A model generated the notes under the pieces. The model was given only the letters and a program-made list of their open reading frames with translations. It ran no database searches and was not told the origin of the DNA. A stretch of 32,000 nt of DNA from Candidatus Nanogingivalaceae bacterium (GTDB lineage: Bacteria; Patescibacteriota; Saccharimonadia; Saccharimonadales; Saccharimonadaceae): contig CP072208.2 in the NCBI GenBank assembly GCA_015257795.3, forward strand, positions 480,001 to 512,000, in the 5' to 3' direction. Of the stretch, positions 11,982 to 21,535 are shown in pieces. Both the position numbers and the translations under genes were made by a program. Position 1 is the stretch's first letter. Each line of letters starts with the position of its first letter.

Positions 11982-12055
11982 TGGAGGCACCTACCGGATT
12001 TGAACCGGTGTAAACGGTTTTGCAGACCGCTGCGTAACCACTCCGCCAAGGCGCC
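11982..12055 (-). tRNA. tRNA-Cys, anticodon GCA, CCA encoded
   Basis: Reverse complement: GGCGCCTTGGCGGAGTGGTTACGCAGCGGTCTGCAAAACCGTTTACACCGGTTCAAATCCGGTAGGTGCCTCCA. It folds as a cloverleaf with the anticodon loop CTGCAAA and discriminator U, as expected for Cys. Confidence 0.92.
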
Positions 12056-12071
12056 AAAGTGATATAAAATG

Positions 12072-12080
12072 ATTATACCA
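12072..12080 (-). promoter_or_regulatory. Extended -10 element TGgTATAAT about 15 nt upstream of the mature tRNA-Cys 5' end
   Basis: Minus strand TGG (12080-12078) then TATAAT (12077-12072). The tRNA 5' end is at 12055. Confidence 0.45.
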
Positions 12081-12108
12081 CATACTTTTTAAAAAATAAA
12101 CAGTAGCG

Positions 12109-13410
12109 CTATTTTTTAAATATTTCTTCTAGACTAATACTTTGCCCCGTCTTCATATCCTTAAAAAAGAATGAATTTTCTAAGATTTCTCTATCACCAA
12201 TCACTAAAGCATATCGAACACCCCTCTTATCCGCAAACTTAAAAGCTTTTTTCATATTAAAATTCTCTAACAAAACTTCAACTTTTTTACCTTGAGCGCG
12301 CATTTCGTTAGCGATTTCGAAAGATTTTTTTAGCTCCTGCTCACCACCCATTGGAATTAATAGATATTCGGCTTCTGAGCGTTTATTAAAACTCAAAAGA
12401 TTTAAGTCTCGCAAACACCAAAACAACCTTGTCAACCCAATTGAGGCACCCACACCAGGGAGTTTTTCTTTCGAATAATAACTGCTTAAATTATCATATC
12501 TTCCACCGCTTGAAACTGAGCCAATTTGTTTGAAATCATCTAGATTTGTTTCAAAAACTGTTCCGGTATAATAATCCAATCCTCGAACAATCAACATGTC
12601 AAGCTTGAAATATCCTTCCTGAACACCCATATTTTTCAACAGACCCGAAACTTCAGAAAGTTCCACTATTCCATTGCTGAAGCGTTCATTATTTATCTTT
12701 CTTGACATATTTTTAAGACTATCTAAAACCTCTTCACAAGAACCAGAAATATTTATAAATTCAACTATTACTGAAGATTTTTCACCCAAATCTAAATTAT
12801 TTAATTGTTCAGCAAACTCTTCACTTGAAATTTTTTCAGCCCGATCAATTAAAGCCATAATTTTAGAAGATTTATCTTCAACACCCAAACCTTCAATCAA
12901 ACCGCTTATAATATTTCTATTACTAATTCGAATCGTAAAATTGCCAAAATTAAGTTCACGAAAGATGCTGTAAATCACAGAAATGACTTCAGCATCATAG
13001 TTTACGCTCAATTTTTCATGACCAATAACATCAATATCGCATTGATAAAATTCTCGAAAACGACCCCTCTGAGAACGTTCACCTCGATAAACTTTACCTA
13101 TTTGCGAACGTTTAAATGGAAATTGCAATTGTCCAATATTATCCGCAACATAACGTGCGGTTGGAACAGTCAAATCAAACCGCAAACTTAAATCATTATC
13201 ACCCTTTTTAAAGCGATATATTTGCTTTTCGGTCTCGCCGCCAGCCTTGGCTAATAAAACTTCAGTTCGTTCAATTGCCGGCGTATCAATTGGCGAAAAA
13301 CCAAACTTTGCATAATTTAGCTCAATTATATTCTTGATTCGATTAAACTCAATTTGCTCCTCAGGAAGAAGTTCCATCATTCCTGGTAAAGGTTTAGTAT
13401 TGATCTTCAT
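12109..13410 (-). CDS. hisS: Histidyl-tRNA synthetase
   Basis: Class II motifs, including YRGERSQRGRFREFYQCDIDVIG (motif 2). I prefer the ATG at 13410 (MKINTKPLPGM), which has an AAGGA SD 6 nt upstream, over the TTG at 13431 used in the ORF track. Confidence 0.94.
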   Translation of the reverse strand: MKINTKPLPGMMELLPEEQIEFNRIKNIIELNYAKFGFSPIDTPAIERTEVLLAKAGGETEKQIYRFKKGDNDLSLRFDLTVPTARYVADNIGQLQFPFKRSQIGKVYRGERSQRGRFREFYQCDIDVIGHEKLSVNYDAEVISVIYSIFRELNFGNFTIRISNRNIISGLIEGLGVEDKSSKIMALIDRAEKISSEEFAEQLNNLDLGEKSSVIVEFINISGSCEEVLDSLKNMSRKINNERFSNGIVELSEVSGLLKNMGVQEGYFKLDMLIVRGLDYYTGTVFETNLDDFKQIGSVSSGGRYDNLSSYYSKEKLPGVGASIGLTRLFWCLRDLNLLSFNKRSEAEYLLIPMGGEQELKKSFEIANEMRAQGKKVEVLLENFNMKKAFKFADKRGVRYALVIGDREILENSFFFKDMKTGQSISLEEIFKK

Positions 13411-13443
13411 AAATATTCCTTGTTTCTTCAATTTTATCTTTAA

Positions 13444-13472
13444 ATGATACCATATTTTAATGTTTTTTTCAA
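13444..13472 (-). promoter_or_regulatory. Promoter TTGAAA-17-TGgTATCAT for hisS
   Basis: Minus strand TTGAAA (13472-13467), 17-nt spacer, TATCAT (13449-13444) with TGg. It is back-to-back with the rarA promoter. Confidence 0.5.
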
Positions 13473-13490
13473 TTTTAGAGATTGCATTTT

Positions 13491-13519
13491 TTGATAATTA
13501 TTTTCAAAAATGCTATAAT
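13491..13519 (+). promoter_or_regulatory. Promoter TTGATA-17-TGcTATAAT; 9 nt from the -10 to the rarA ATG (leaderless layout)
   Basis: TTGATA at 13491-13496, 17-nt spacer, TGc then TATAAT at 13514-13519, ATG at 13529. No SD is present. Confidence 0.6.
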
Positions 13520-13528
13520 ATTTTTAAT

Positions 13529-14782
13529 ATGAACTATCAGCCAAAAATTCCGCTCGCAGAAAAAATGCGCCCGCAAAAACTCAGTGAAGTTATTGGTCAG
13601 AAGCACCTAATTGGCGAAAATGGAATTTTACGAAAAATAATCGAAAATAAAGAGCCTATCAGTTTAATTTTTTGGGGGCCAGCTGGAACCGGAAAAACAA
13701 CATTATCACGAATTCTAGCAAACGAAGTTAATGCCGATTTCATTGAAATGTCCGCCGTAACTAGCGGAAAAAAAGATATCGAAAAGGTTGTTGAGCATGC
13801 ACGCCAAAATTGGAATCTTGGAATTCGAACAATTCTTTTTGTTGATGAAATCCACCGTTTCAACAAATCGCAGCAGGATGCTTTTCTTCCTCATATTGAA
13901 AGTGGTTTAATAAATCTTATCGGAGCAACTACCGAAAATCCTAGCTTTGAAATTATTACCCCATTAATTTCTCGTAGTCGAATTTTAACTCTTAAACCAT
14001 TATCTCTTTCTGAAATATCAGAAATAATCACGAAAACACTAGCAAAAATATCACCAAACACAAAAATAGAGAATAACGCCTTAGAACTTCTTGCAAAAAT
14101 AAGTCATGGTGATGCACGCACCGCTCTGGGAAATCTTGAGCTTATCTTGAATTTCGAAAAAAAGCACATAACTCTCGAAACCCTCAAAGAATCGATCAAT
14201 TCTCCGCTTTTAGCTTATGACAAAAACGGCGATGACCATTATGATACAATTTCGGCTTTTATAAAAAGTATGCGCGGAAGCGACGCGGAAGCCGCATGTT
14301 TTTATCTTGCCAAAATGTTAAAATCTGGCGAAGATCCAAAATTCATCGCTCGCCGAATGATTATTTTTGCTAGCGAAGATATTGGTCTTGCTGGAAATGG
14401 AGCAATCACCTTAGCAAATTCAACTTTCGAAGCAGTAGAAAAAGTTGGCATGCCAGAAGCTAAATATATTCTCTTTCATTGTGCAACCGCACTTTCGAAA
14501 AGTAAAAAATCTCGAGAAACAACTGGTCTAATGTACCAATCTTATGAACTCGTCAGAGAGTTTCCGCACGCGCAAATACCCTTACATCTTCGAAATTCAA
14601 CCTCAAAAATCACCAAAGATCTTGGCTATACTAAAGATTATGAATGGAAGGCTGGTTTTCAACATAAAAAAGGCTTTTTGCCGCAAGAAATAATAGATTT
14701 TAAGAAATCAGCTAACAACGACTTTAAGAATTTAAAACAAGCCGAATGGTCTCATGAAATTTCTAAAAAGCTAAAAGATTAG
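13529..14782 (+). CDS. rarA: Replication-associated recombination protein A (AAA+ ATPase RarA/MgsA)
   Basis: Walker A GPAGTGKTT, Walker B LFVDEIHRF and the C-terminal MgsA region (GSD.EAA.FYLAKML..GEDP.FIARRM). The start is set at MNYQPKIPLAEKMRPQ. The 23-codon extension in the ORF track covers the promoter. Confidence 0.93.
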   Translation: MNYQPKIPLAEKMRPQKLSEVIGQKHLIGENGILRKIIENKEPISLIFWGPAGTGKTTLSRILANEVNADFIEMSAVTSGKKDIEKVVEHARQNWNLGIRTILFVDEIHRFNKSQQDAFLPHIESGLINLIGATTENPSFEIITPLISRSRILTLKPLSLSEISEIITKTLAKISPNTKIENNALELLAKISHGDARTALGNLELILNFEKKHITLETLKESINSPLLAYDKNGDDHYDTISAFIKSMRGSDAEAACFYLAKMLKSGEDPKFIARRMIIFASEDIGLAGNGAITLANSTFEAVEKVGMPEAKYILFHCATALSKSKKSRETTGLMYQSYELVREFPHAQIPLHLRNSTSKITKDLGYTKDYEWKAGFQHKKGFLPQEIIDFKKSANNDFKNLKQAEWSHEISKKLKD

Positions 14783-16230
14783 CTCTCTAAGTCTGGTAAA
14801 ACATTTTCAAGCCACAGCTTAATATCTTCCAAAATAAATTGCTCTTGCGTACTTAAATTCTCTCTTGTTGCAGCCTCTTGAAATTCTTTCATAAATTTTG
14901 GAAGCATTTTTTTCAAATTCTTCGCACGATATTCTTCCCATAACTCTTTTTCTTGAGAACTTAAACTCTTTGGAAAACTTCTAGCTTTATAGTGAAGCAG
15001 CAAACCGTTTAATCGTTCGTCGTTAAAATCAGGATGAAAATCAGCTAGCTCTCGAGCGGTAGAATTTCGAACAGCCTCGGCTTTAATTTCATCACTTCTC
15101 GATAAAAAGCCCTCAAAAAGTCGAGCCTCAGGAGATAAGCTAATATTTTCATGTCGCTCTTTCGAAATTTCATCTCTCTTTTCGAAAGCAGATCGAATAT
15201 TTTCTGTAAAATGAGGATTTTTTCGCAATAAGTCTAAGTTTTTTTGAATATCTGCTAACTTAAGATTTAGCCTCTCTTGGTTTTCCTCGTTCAAAACACC
15301 AATTGGAGCAACTGCTGGACATTTATTGTATTGTAGAATTTTTGCCGCAATCGGCTTAAAGTCTGCTTGTGAACGAGTTTCGAAATCTGCCGTAATGTTC
15401 TCTAAAATTTGTTCAGCACTCCAATCAAGAAAATCTTCTGGAGAAAAGCGTAAATCCCAAACAATCACATTTTTGTTCTTAGCTGGAGCAATTGGAAAAG
15501 CGGCTGTAGTTTTTTCAAACTCAACTTTAAAACGACCCGATGTATACAAAAATGGTTTTGGGTTTTCAAGGTTGATCATTTTTTGAACTTCATTTTTTGA
15601 GCGCATCTTAAATAAATACCCAAAAATCTGTGGCTGTTTCTCTTTTAACAATCGTGCTACATCTATTAATCCATCAACATCACTTAGCGCATCATGAGCA
15701 TTCTCGTGAGAAATTCCATTTTCCTTAGTTAAAAGTTCAAGTTTATTTGAAGCAAATTTCTCACCAGTTTTACCATTCTCAATAAAAGGCCAATTAATAC
15801 CTTCAGGCCGAAGCGCACGTATCATACGCACAACATCTAGCAAATCCCATCGAGAACGATTTTCCTTCCATTGCCAATCATATGGTGGATAAAAATTTCT
15901 CCACAAAAGATGCTGAATATGGACATCGTCGAACCGCACATTATTATAACCAACTATTACCGTATCCGATGTAAAAAAATCCTCTACTAGCATTTTCGAA
16001 AATTCGGCTTCAGTATAACCTTCTTCGATTGTTTTTTGTGGGCTAATTTTTGTAACCATTAATGCACTCGGGCTCGGCAAAACGTCATCGTTAAGTTTTA
16101 CTAAAATATTAATAGGTTCACCAATTCTATTTAAATTTTCATCCGTTCGTTGTCCTGCAAATTGCATAATTCGATCGTTTTGCGGGCTAAAGCCGCTTGT
16201 TTCAAGATCATAAAAAAAGAAAGTCTTCAT
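14779..16230 (-). CDS. sbcB: Exodeoxyribonuclease I
   Basis: 483 aa. It aligns by eye with E. coli ExoI over long blocks (FFFYDLETSG..., GYNNVRFDD, RWDLLDVVRMIRALRPEGINWP, NAHDALSDV). Confidence 0.88.
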   Translation of the reverse strand: MKTFFFYDLETSGFSPQNDRIMQFAGQRTDENLNRIGEPINILVKLNDDVLPSPSALMVTKISPQKTIEEGYTEAEFSKMLVEDFFTSDTVIVGYNNVRFDDVHIQHLLWRNFYPPYDWQWKENRSRWDLLDVVRMIRALRPEGINWPFIENGKTGEKFASNKLELLTKENGISHENAHDALSDVDGLIDVARLLKEKQPQIFGYLFKMRSKNEVQKMINLENPKPFLYTSGRFKVEFEKTTAAFPIAPAKNKNVIVWDLRFSPEDFLDWSAEQILENITADFETRSQADFKPIAAKILQYNKCPAVAPIGVLNEENQERLNLKLADIQKNLDLLRKNPHFTENIRSAFEKRDEISKERHENISLSPEARLFEGFLSRSDEIKAEAVRNSTARELADFHPDFNDERLNGLLLHYKARSFPKSLSSQEKELWEEYRAKNLKKMLPKFMKEFQEAATRENLSTQEQFILEDIKLWLENVLPDLES

Positions 16231-16236
16231 GGTTAT

Positions 16237-16265
16237 ATTTTACTCTATCCTGGTATTTTTTTCAA
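16237..16265 (-). promoter_or_regulatory. Promoter TTGAAA-17-TAAAAT; 6 nt from the -10 to the sbcB ATG (leaderless layout)
   Basis: Minus strand TTGAAA (16265-16260), 17-nt spacer, TAAAAT (16242-16237), ATAACC, then ATG at 16230. Confidence 0.55.
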
Positions 16266-16352
16266 TTTTTCTTTGCTTCTTAGCGGTTTTGTCTTGTAGT
16301 TATGTTATAATTTTATAGACTAAATAAACTTTTGTCTAGGAAAGGATTTTAT

Positions 16353-17516
16353 ATGAAAGCAAAAAGAACGATCATTAACGATATAGAGCTACTCTATATA
16401 AAAAACTCAAACCCTAATACTTTTCATCTAGAATTCAACTTTAATGCAGGTTATAATCATTCGCAAAAATCACAAGTTCCACATATTTTAGAACACCTAT
16501 TTGCTACTTTTCCAAAAGAAACTAGCGAAAAATTCTTAAGATTTGGCGCCTATTCAAACGCCAACACTTTCTACGAGCGAACAAGGTTTTTTATCACATC
16601 ACCAAAAGAGTTTTCAAAAGAATGTTTTGATATTTTAGTAAATTCAATTTCAAAAATACCAAGCTCTCAAGAAGATTTTGAAATCCAAAAGAAAATCGTT
16701 GAAACTGAAATTACAAATAAATCCATAAAGCCATCGATTCAAATTTTCGAGAAGGCTTTAAAAGAAACTTTTCCGGACATAAAAGACAAAGAAAAACATC
16801 TTAGCGAACTGAAATCTATAAATCTTACAGATATTCAGGAATTTTATCGTAAAAACTACGTTAAAAATAATCTTCGAATAATTATTTGCGCTGATTTTTC
16901 AGATACTGAACTTGAATATTTTATTAAAGAGATTGACAAAATAAATCTGCCGTCAGGAAAAGCACCAACTATAAATCTTCTCACAATCAATCAAAAAGAT
17001 TTTTCAACACTTCATAATTCAAAAACTGTTGATGAAATCTGTAAAATTTTTCATACAAACCAGCCTTTAACCGAAAAAGAGCGAGCTGCATTTCATATTT
17101 TAATGTCGTATCTTTTTCGCCCAAAAATTGGCAAAGCCTTTTTACGAGGAAGGAATACGGGTATTTTATATGGGATTAATTTTAGTCCTCACCTCAATAC
17201 AATCCGAAACCACCCCTTCTTTGTGATTGGCTCAAAAATTAAACCAGAGAACAAAAACAAACTCAAAAAAATAATCAATGAGGAGTTTTCGAAAGTCAAA
17301 AATAATAAAATTGACGTTCAAGCTTTTGAAGTGATTAAACAAAATATCAAAAATAGCGAAAAAATAACTCGCGAATCAACCGAAAGAATCGTAAATTTTT
17401 ATCGTGAAGAATTTTTCACTTACGGAAAAGTTCGAGATTATCAAGAATCTTTAGATATTCTCGATAAAATATCAACTGCAGATTTAATACATGTTGCGAA
17501 AAAATTTAATTTCTAG
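16353..17516 (+). CDS. M16 (pitrilysin/insulinase) family zinc peptidase
   Basis: Inverted zinc motif HILEH (HxxEH) and a downstream NANTFYERT block. The start is set at the ATG at 16353, preceded by an AGGAAAGGA SD. The ORF-track TTG at 16332 is less likely. A TGtTATAAT element lies at 16303-16311. Confidence 0.8.
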   Translation: MKAKRTIINDIELLYIKNSNPNTFHLEFNFNAGYNHSQKSQVPHILEHLFATFPKETSEKFLRFGAYSNANTFYERTRFFITSPKEFSKECFDILVNSISKIPSSQEDFEIQKKIVETEITNKSIKPSIQIFEKALKETFPDIKDKEKHLSELKSINLTDIQEFYRKNYVKNNLRIIICADFSDTELEYFIKEIDKINLPSGKAPTINLLTINQKDFSTLHNSKTVDEICKIFHTNQPLTEKERAAFHILMSYLFRPKIGKAFLRGRNTGILYGINFSPHLNTIRNHPFFVIGSKIKPENKNKLKKIINEEFSKVKNNKIDVQAFEVIKQNIKNSEKITRESTERIVNFYREEFFTYGKVRDYQESLDILDKISTADLIHVAKKFNF

Positions 17517-17547
17517 CAAAATATAACCGTAAAGTACGTCCTATACT

Positions 17548-18898
<1,351 letters not shown>

Positions 18899-18925
18899 AC
18901 CCCTTAGGAGCATCTATTTTAATTT

Positions 18926-20119
18926 TTAGTGAATAAAGTTCGAAACACTACTTGCTGAAATAGTTCGTGTTGATACTACATTTAATTTTCCGGCATAATT
19001 CATGTCTGAAATAGTAATAGTACCATCACCGTTAACAGCCTCAACAATAGCAACGTGACCATATCCCCAAATATAAGAATTTGCATAAGCATTCCATTGA
19101 GCAATAGCACCCACGGTAGGAGTCTGATCTACTCTATATCCAGCAGCTCGAGCACTAACCGCCCAAGTCGAAGCATTTCCCCAGAAACTTCCAATATCTG
19201 GACGCCTATTGTAGGCATACCAAGTACAGTTTCCCCAAGCATACGCATTGCCCGCTTTAACATTATAGTTAGCAGACAGAGTAACTGAGCTGCTGCTTGA
19301 AGAAGAGGTTGACGAAGATCTTACTGAAGATTTTGAATAGCTATTAGTTGCAAGTTTCGTTTTTGGTGAGTAGTCTGGCCTTTCTTCCTCAGGAAGAATA
19401 CCACCAGGAATAACAATCTCAACACCAACTTTAGGGTCTTCATTGTCTTTTAACTTATTGTAAGATACAACCCTTTCAGCATTCGCCTGATATTTATCTA
19501 CGATACTTTTAAGGGTATCCCCAGGTTTTACGATATAGACAATCCCGTCAACAGGCAAGATACGCAACTCTTTCCCTGCTTCAACTTTATCGCCCTTGAG
19601 GTTGTTAACCCATTTTATAGTTTGTGCTGTAATACCATATTTATCAGCAATAGCCCGAATAACTTCCTCAGTTTCAGTTCGATATTTAACGATATCTCGC
19701 TTTTCCGAAGAAACTTCAAGAACTTTAGGCTTCTCTACAGAAGAGATAACTTGAGGGGCGTCTTGCAAAATTGCTGTAGAAGTAGACAAGCTCGCAGTAG
19801 AAGGAGCAACAGCCAGGTCTGCAGACTCAGCTAAATTTGCAATAACCCCAGACTCTGTTACCTTATCTGCTACAGAGCGGCTACCACCTAAATCACTCTT
19901 CTGTGAAGTTTCTACCTTACTCGTTTCAACCTTATTGTTTAACTCTGTAGTATCTTGTACTTCGGGCTGTTTAGAACTAAAAACAGCAACCATAATAACA
20001 ATAATAAAAATAGAAGAGTAAACAACGGTAGATTTCTTACTTAAAATATTTATTATCTTTAATATTTTTGAATCCGATCGCTTCTGATCTTGTATGATTT
20101 CAATTTCAGGAGTTTTCAC
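18926..20119 (-). CDS. Membrane-anchored peptidoglycan hydrolase: N-terminal TM helix, two LysM domains, poly-Ser linker, C-terminal CHAP domain
   Basis: TM segment VVYSSIFIIVIMVAVFS. LysM-like repeats (YRTETEEVIRAIADKYGITAQTIKWVNNL; YIVKPGDTLKSIVDKYQANAERVVSYNKL). Linker SSVRSSSTSSSSSSSV. CHAP signature GNCTWYAYNRR ... GHVAIVEAV. The GTG start at 20119 overlaps the SD-like AGGAG, so the exact start is uncertain. Confidence 0.85.
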   Translation of the reverse strand: MKTPEIEIIQDQKRSDSKILKIINILSKKSTVVYSSIFIIVIMVAVFSSKQPEVQDTTELNNKVETSKVETSQKSDLGGSRSVADKVTESGVIANLAESADLAVAPSTASLSTSTAILQDAPQVISSVEKPKVLEVSSEKRDIVKYRTETEEVIRAIADKYGITAQTIKWVNNLKGDKVEAGKELRILPVDGIVYIVKPGDTLKSIVDKYQANAERVVSYNKLKDNEDPKVGVEIVIPGGILPEEERPDYSPKTKLATNSYSKSSVRSSSTSSSSSSSVTLSANYNVKAGNAYAWGNCTWYAYNRRPDIGSFWGNASTWAVSARAAGYRVDQTPTVGAIAQWNAYANSYIWGYGHVAIVEAVNGDGTITISDMNYAGKLNVVSTRTISASSVSNFIH

Positions 20120-20330
20120 TCCTTTTTTTCGACTACAAATAATCTTTCTCCCGCAAACACATTACTGTGATGCAACTACCTTAATAATACCCTTTCTTCC
20201 GAAAATAAACAAGATGTCGACCTTTTTATTAATATTATAGTTAAACGATTGTCCTTACGGTATTTTCTGGTAGGTGCCTCAATATAAAAACCCATCAAGA
20301 AATAAGTCCTTATATTAATTTACATATAAA

Positions 20331-20359
20331 ATTTTAACAAATATCCCTCATAATGTCAA
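20331..20359 (-). promoter_or_regulatory. Promoter TTGACA-17-TAAAAT about 200 nt upstream of the LysM-CHAP gene
   Basis: Minus strand TTGACA (20359-20354), 17-nt spacer TTATGAGGGATATTTGT, TAAAAT (20336-20331). It begins a few nt after the mltG stop codon. Confidence 0.5.
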
Positions 20360-20365
20360 GCTTAA

Positions 20366-21535
20366 TCATAAAATCTGACATTTCTTTTTGCAATATTTAT
20401 CTATATTTTCTTGATGCTCTAAGCTAGTCTTTCCATAGTATGTTTTATCATCATCACCACTCAAAAAGAATATATAGCTATGCTCAATCGGATCCGCAGT
20501 AGCTTTTAGAGCCGATATTCCTGGGGTAGCAATAGGCGAAGGAGTTAACCCTGTATTTTTTCTAAGATTATACGGGTTATCTAGATTTGGAGATCTTTCA
20601 ATTCCAAGTTTATCAGCAATATACTGATAGGTCACATCAGAGCCAAGAGTCATTTCTTTTTTAAGCCTATTATAAAATACTCCTGCCACCTTTTGTTGGT
20701 CCTCAAAATCATTTAACGTTTCCTTCTGCACTATTGACGCAAGTGTAATTCCTTCATAGAGAGTTAGCCCCTTCTTCTTGAATTTACCCTCAAGGTTTAA
20801 ACTAACAACCTGATTTTCAAAATCCGTAAAAAATCGCCTTAAAATATCTTCAACCTTTGTATCTTTTTTAAAGTTGTGCGTCTCTCCGTATAAAAATCCC
20901 TCTAGATCTGTATTTTTATCTTTACCAGCAAACAGCTTAGGAAATTCACTCGAATAATCTTTCGAGAAAGCTTGGTTGATCTCATTATTTGAATAACCAA
21001 TTTTTGAAAGTGTAGCTTTAGCCATCTTAACTGTTCCACCAGGCAAGAAAGTCACATTAAAACTAGTATTAACTTGGCCCTTATTTAAAACTTCCAAAAT
21101 TTCCGGTATCGTCATATTAGCAGATAATTGGTATTTACCTGCTAAAATATTCCTTTTATTATTCATTCTTGCGTAGAAAATTAACGAATTCTTAGAAATA
21201 ATTAGCTTATCTTTTGCAAGATTTTTCGCTACTACATCTATAGAATCACCAGGATTAACTGTAAAATCAACTTTTTCTGTACTCTTAGATCTATGATTGA
21301 TTGCCAAATTATAGTTTACGTAAAGTGTCGCCGAAAAAGCCAAAACACAAACTATTAAAATTGCTGAAATAAGGAATTTTCGATTCCTTCTTCTCCTCTT
21401 TTGCTCTTTCTTTAACAAAGGAACAATCTCTTTTTCTTGTTGTGTTATTTTCTCAATAACTTTTTCTGCACGTTTTTCGATAGGTTCAGATTCTTTTTGG
21501 CTACTTCCAGTCGAAAAATCCGATATCATATTCAT
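20366..21535 (-). CDS. mltG: Endolytic murein transglycosylase MltG (YceG-like)
   Basis: N-terminal TM helix (FLISAILIVCVLAFSATLYV) and YceG blocks (LASIVQKE, GVFYNRLKK.M.L.SD.T..Y, PYN.....GLTP.PI..PG). It uses a TGA stop. Its start overlaps the ruvX stop (TAATG). Confidence 0.9.
   Translation of the reverse strand: MNMISDFSTGSSQKESEPIEKRAEKVIEKITQQEKEIVPLLKKEQKRRRRNRKFLISAILIVCVLAFSATLYVNYNLAINHRSKSTEKVDFTVNPGDSIDVVAKNLAKDKLIISKNSLIFYARMNNKRNILAGKYQLSANMTIPEILEVLNKGQVNTSFNVTFLPGGTVKMAKATLSKIGYSNNEINQAFSKDYSSEFPKLFAGKDKNTDLEGFLYGETHNFKKDTKVEDILRRFFTDFENQVVSLNLEGKFKKKGLTLYEGITLASIVQKETLNDFEDQQKVAGVFYNRLKKEMTLGSDVTYQYIADKLGIERSPNLDNPYNLRKNTGLTPSPIATPGISALKATADPIEHSYIFFLSGDDDKTYYGKTSLEHQENIDKYCKKKCQIL

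Noticed and set aside
13460-13528. N-terminal extensions in the ORF track for rarA (13460), hisS (13431, TTG), the M16 peptidase (16332, TTG) and possibly ligA and the Nudix gene
   Set aside because: The extensions run through recognisable promoter elements or lack an SD. Internal ATGs have either a proper SD or the recurrent -10-to-ATG spacing, and they begin where family-typical sequence begins.
17517-17547. Terminator between the M16 peptidase gene and obg
   Set aside because: Only a 6-bp A/T-rich stem (AAAGTA/TACTTT) without a convincing U-run is present. It is too weak to call.
20251-20312. 7-nt direct repeat GTCCTTA (x2, 55 nt apart) as an operator pair
   Set aside because: A two-copy 7-mer in 250 nt of AT-rich DNA is within chance. 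I mention it only inside the leader finding, not as a separate feature.
20120-20365. ydaO-type c-di-AMP riboswitch, or SRP/6S-type RNA, in the spacer upstream of the LysM-CHAP gene
   Set aside because: I looked for the conserved G-rich cores of ydaO (GGGGA..CC, CCCGAA, CUCGUAAGCG-like) and the SRP domain IV motifs on both strands and found none. The region is too short for tmRNA or RNase P RNA. I kept it only as an unclassified leader.
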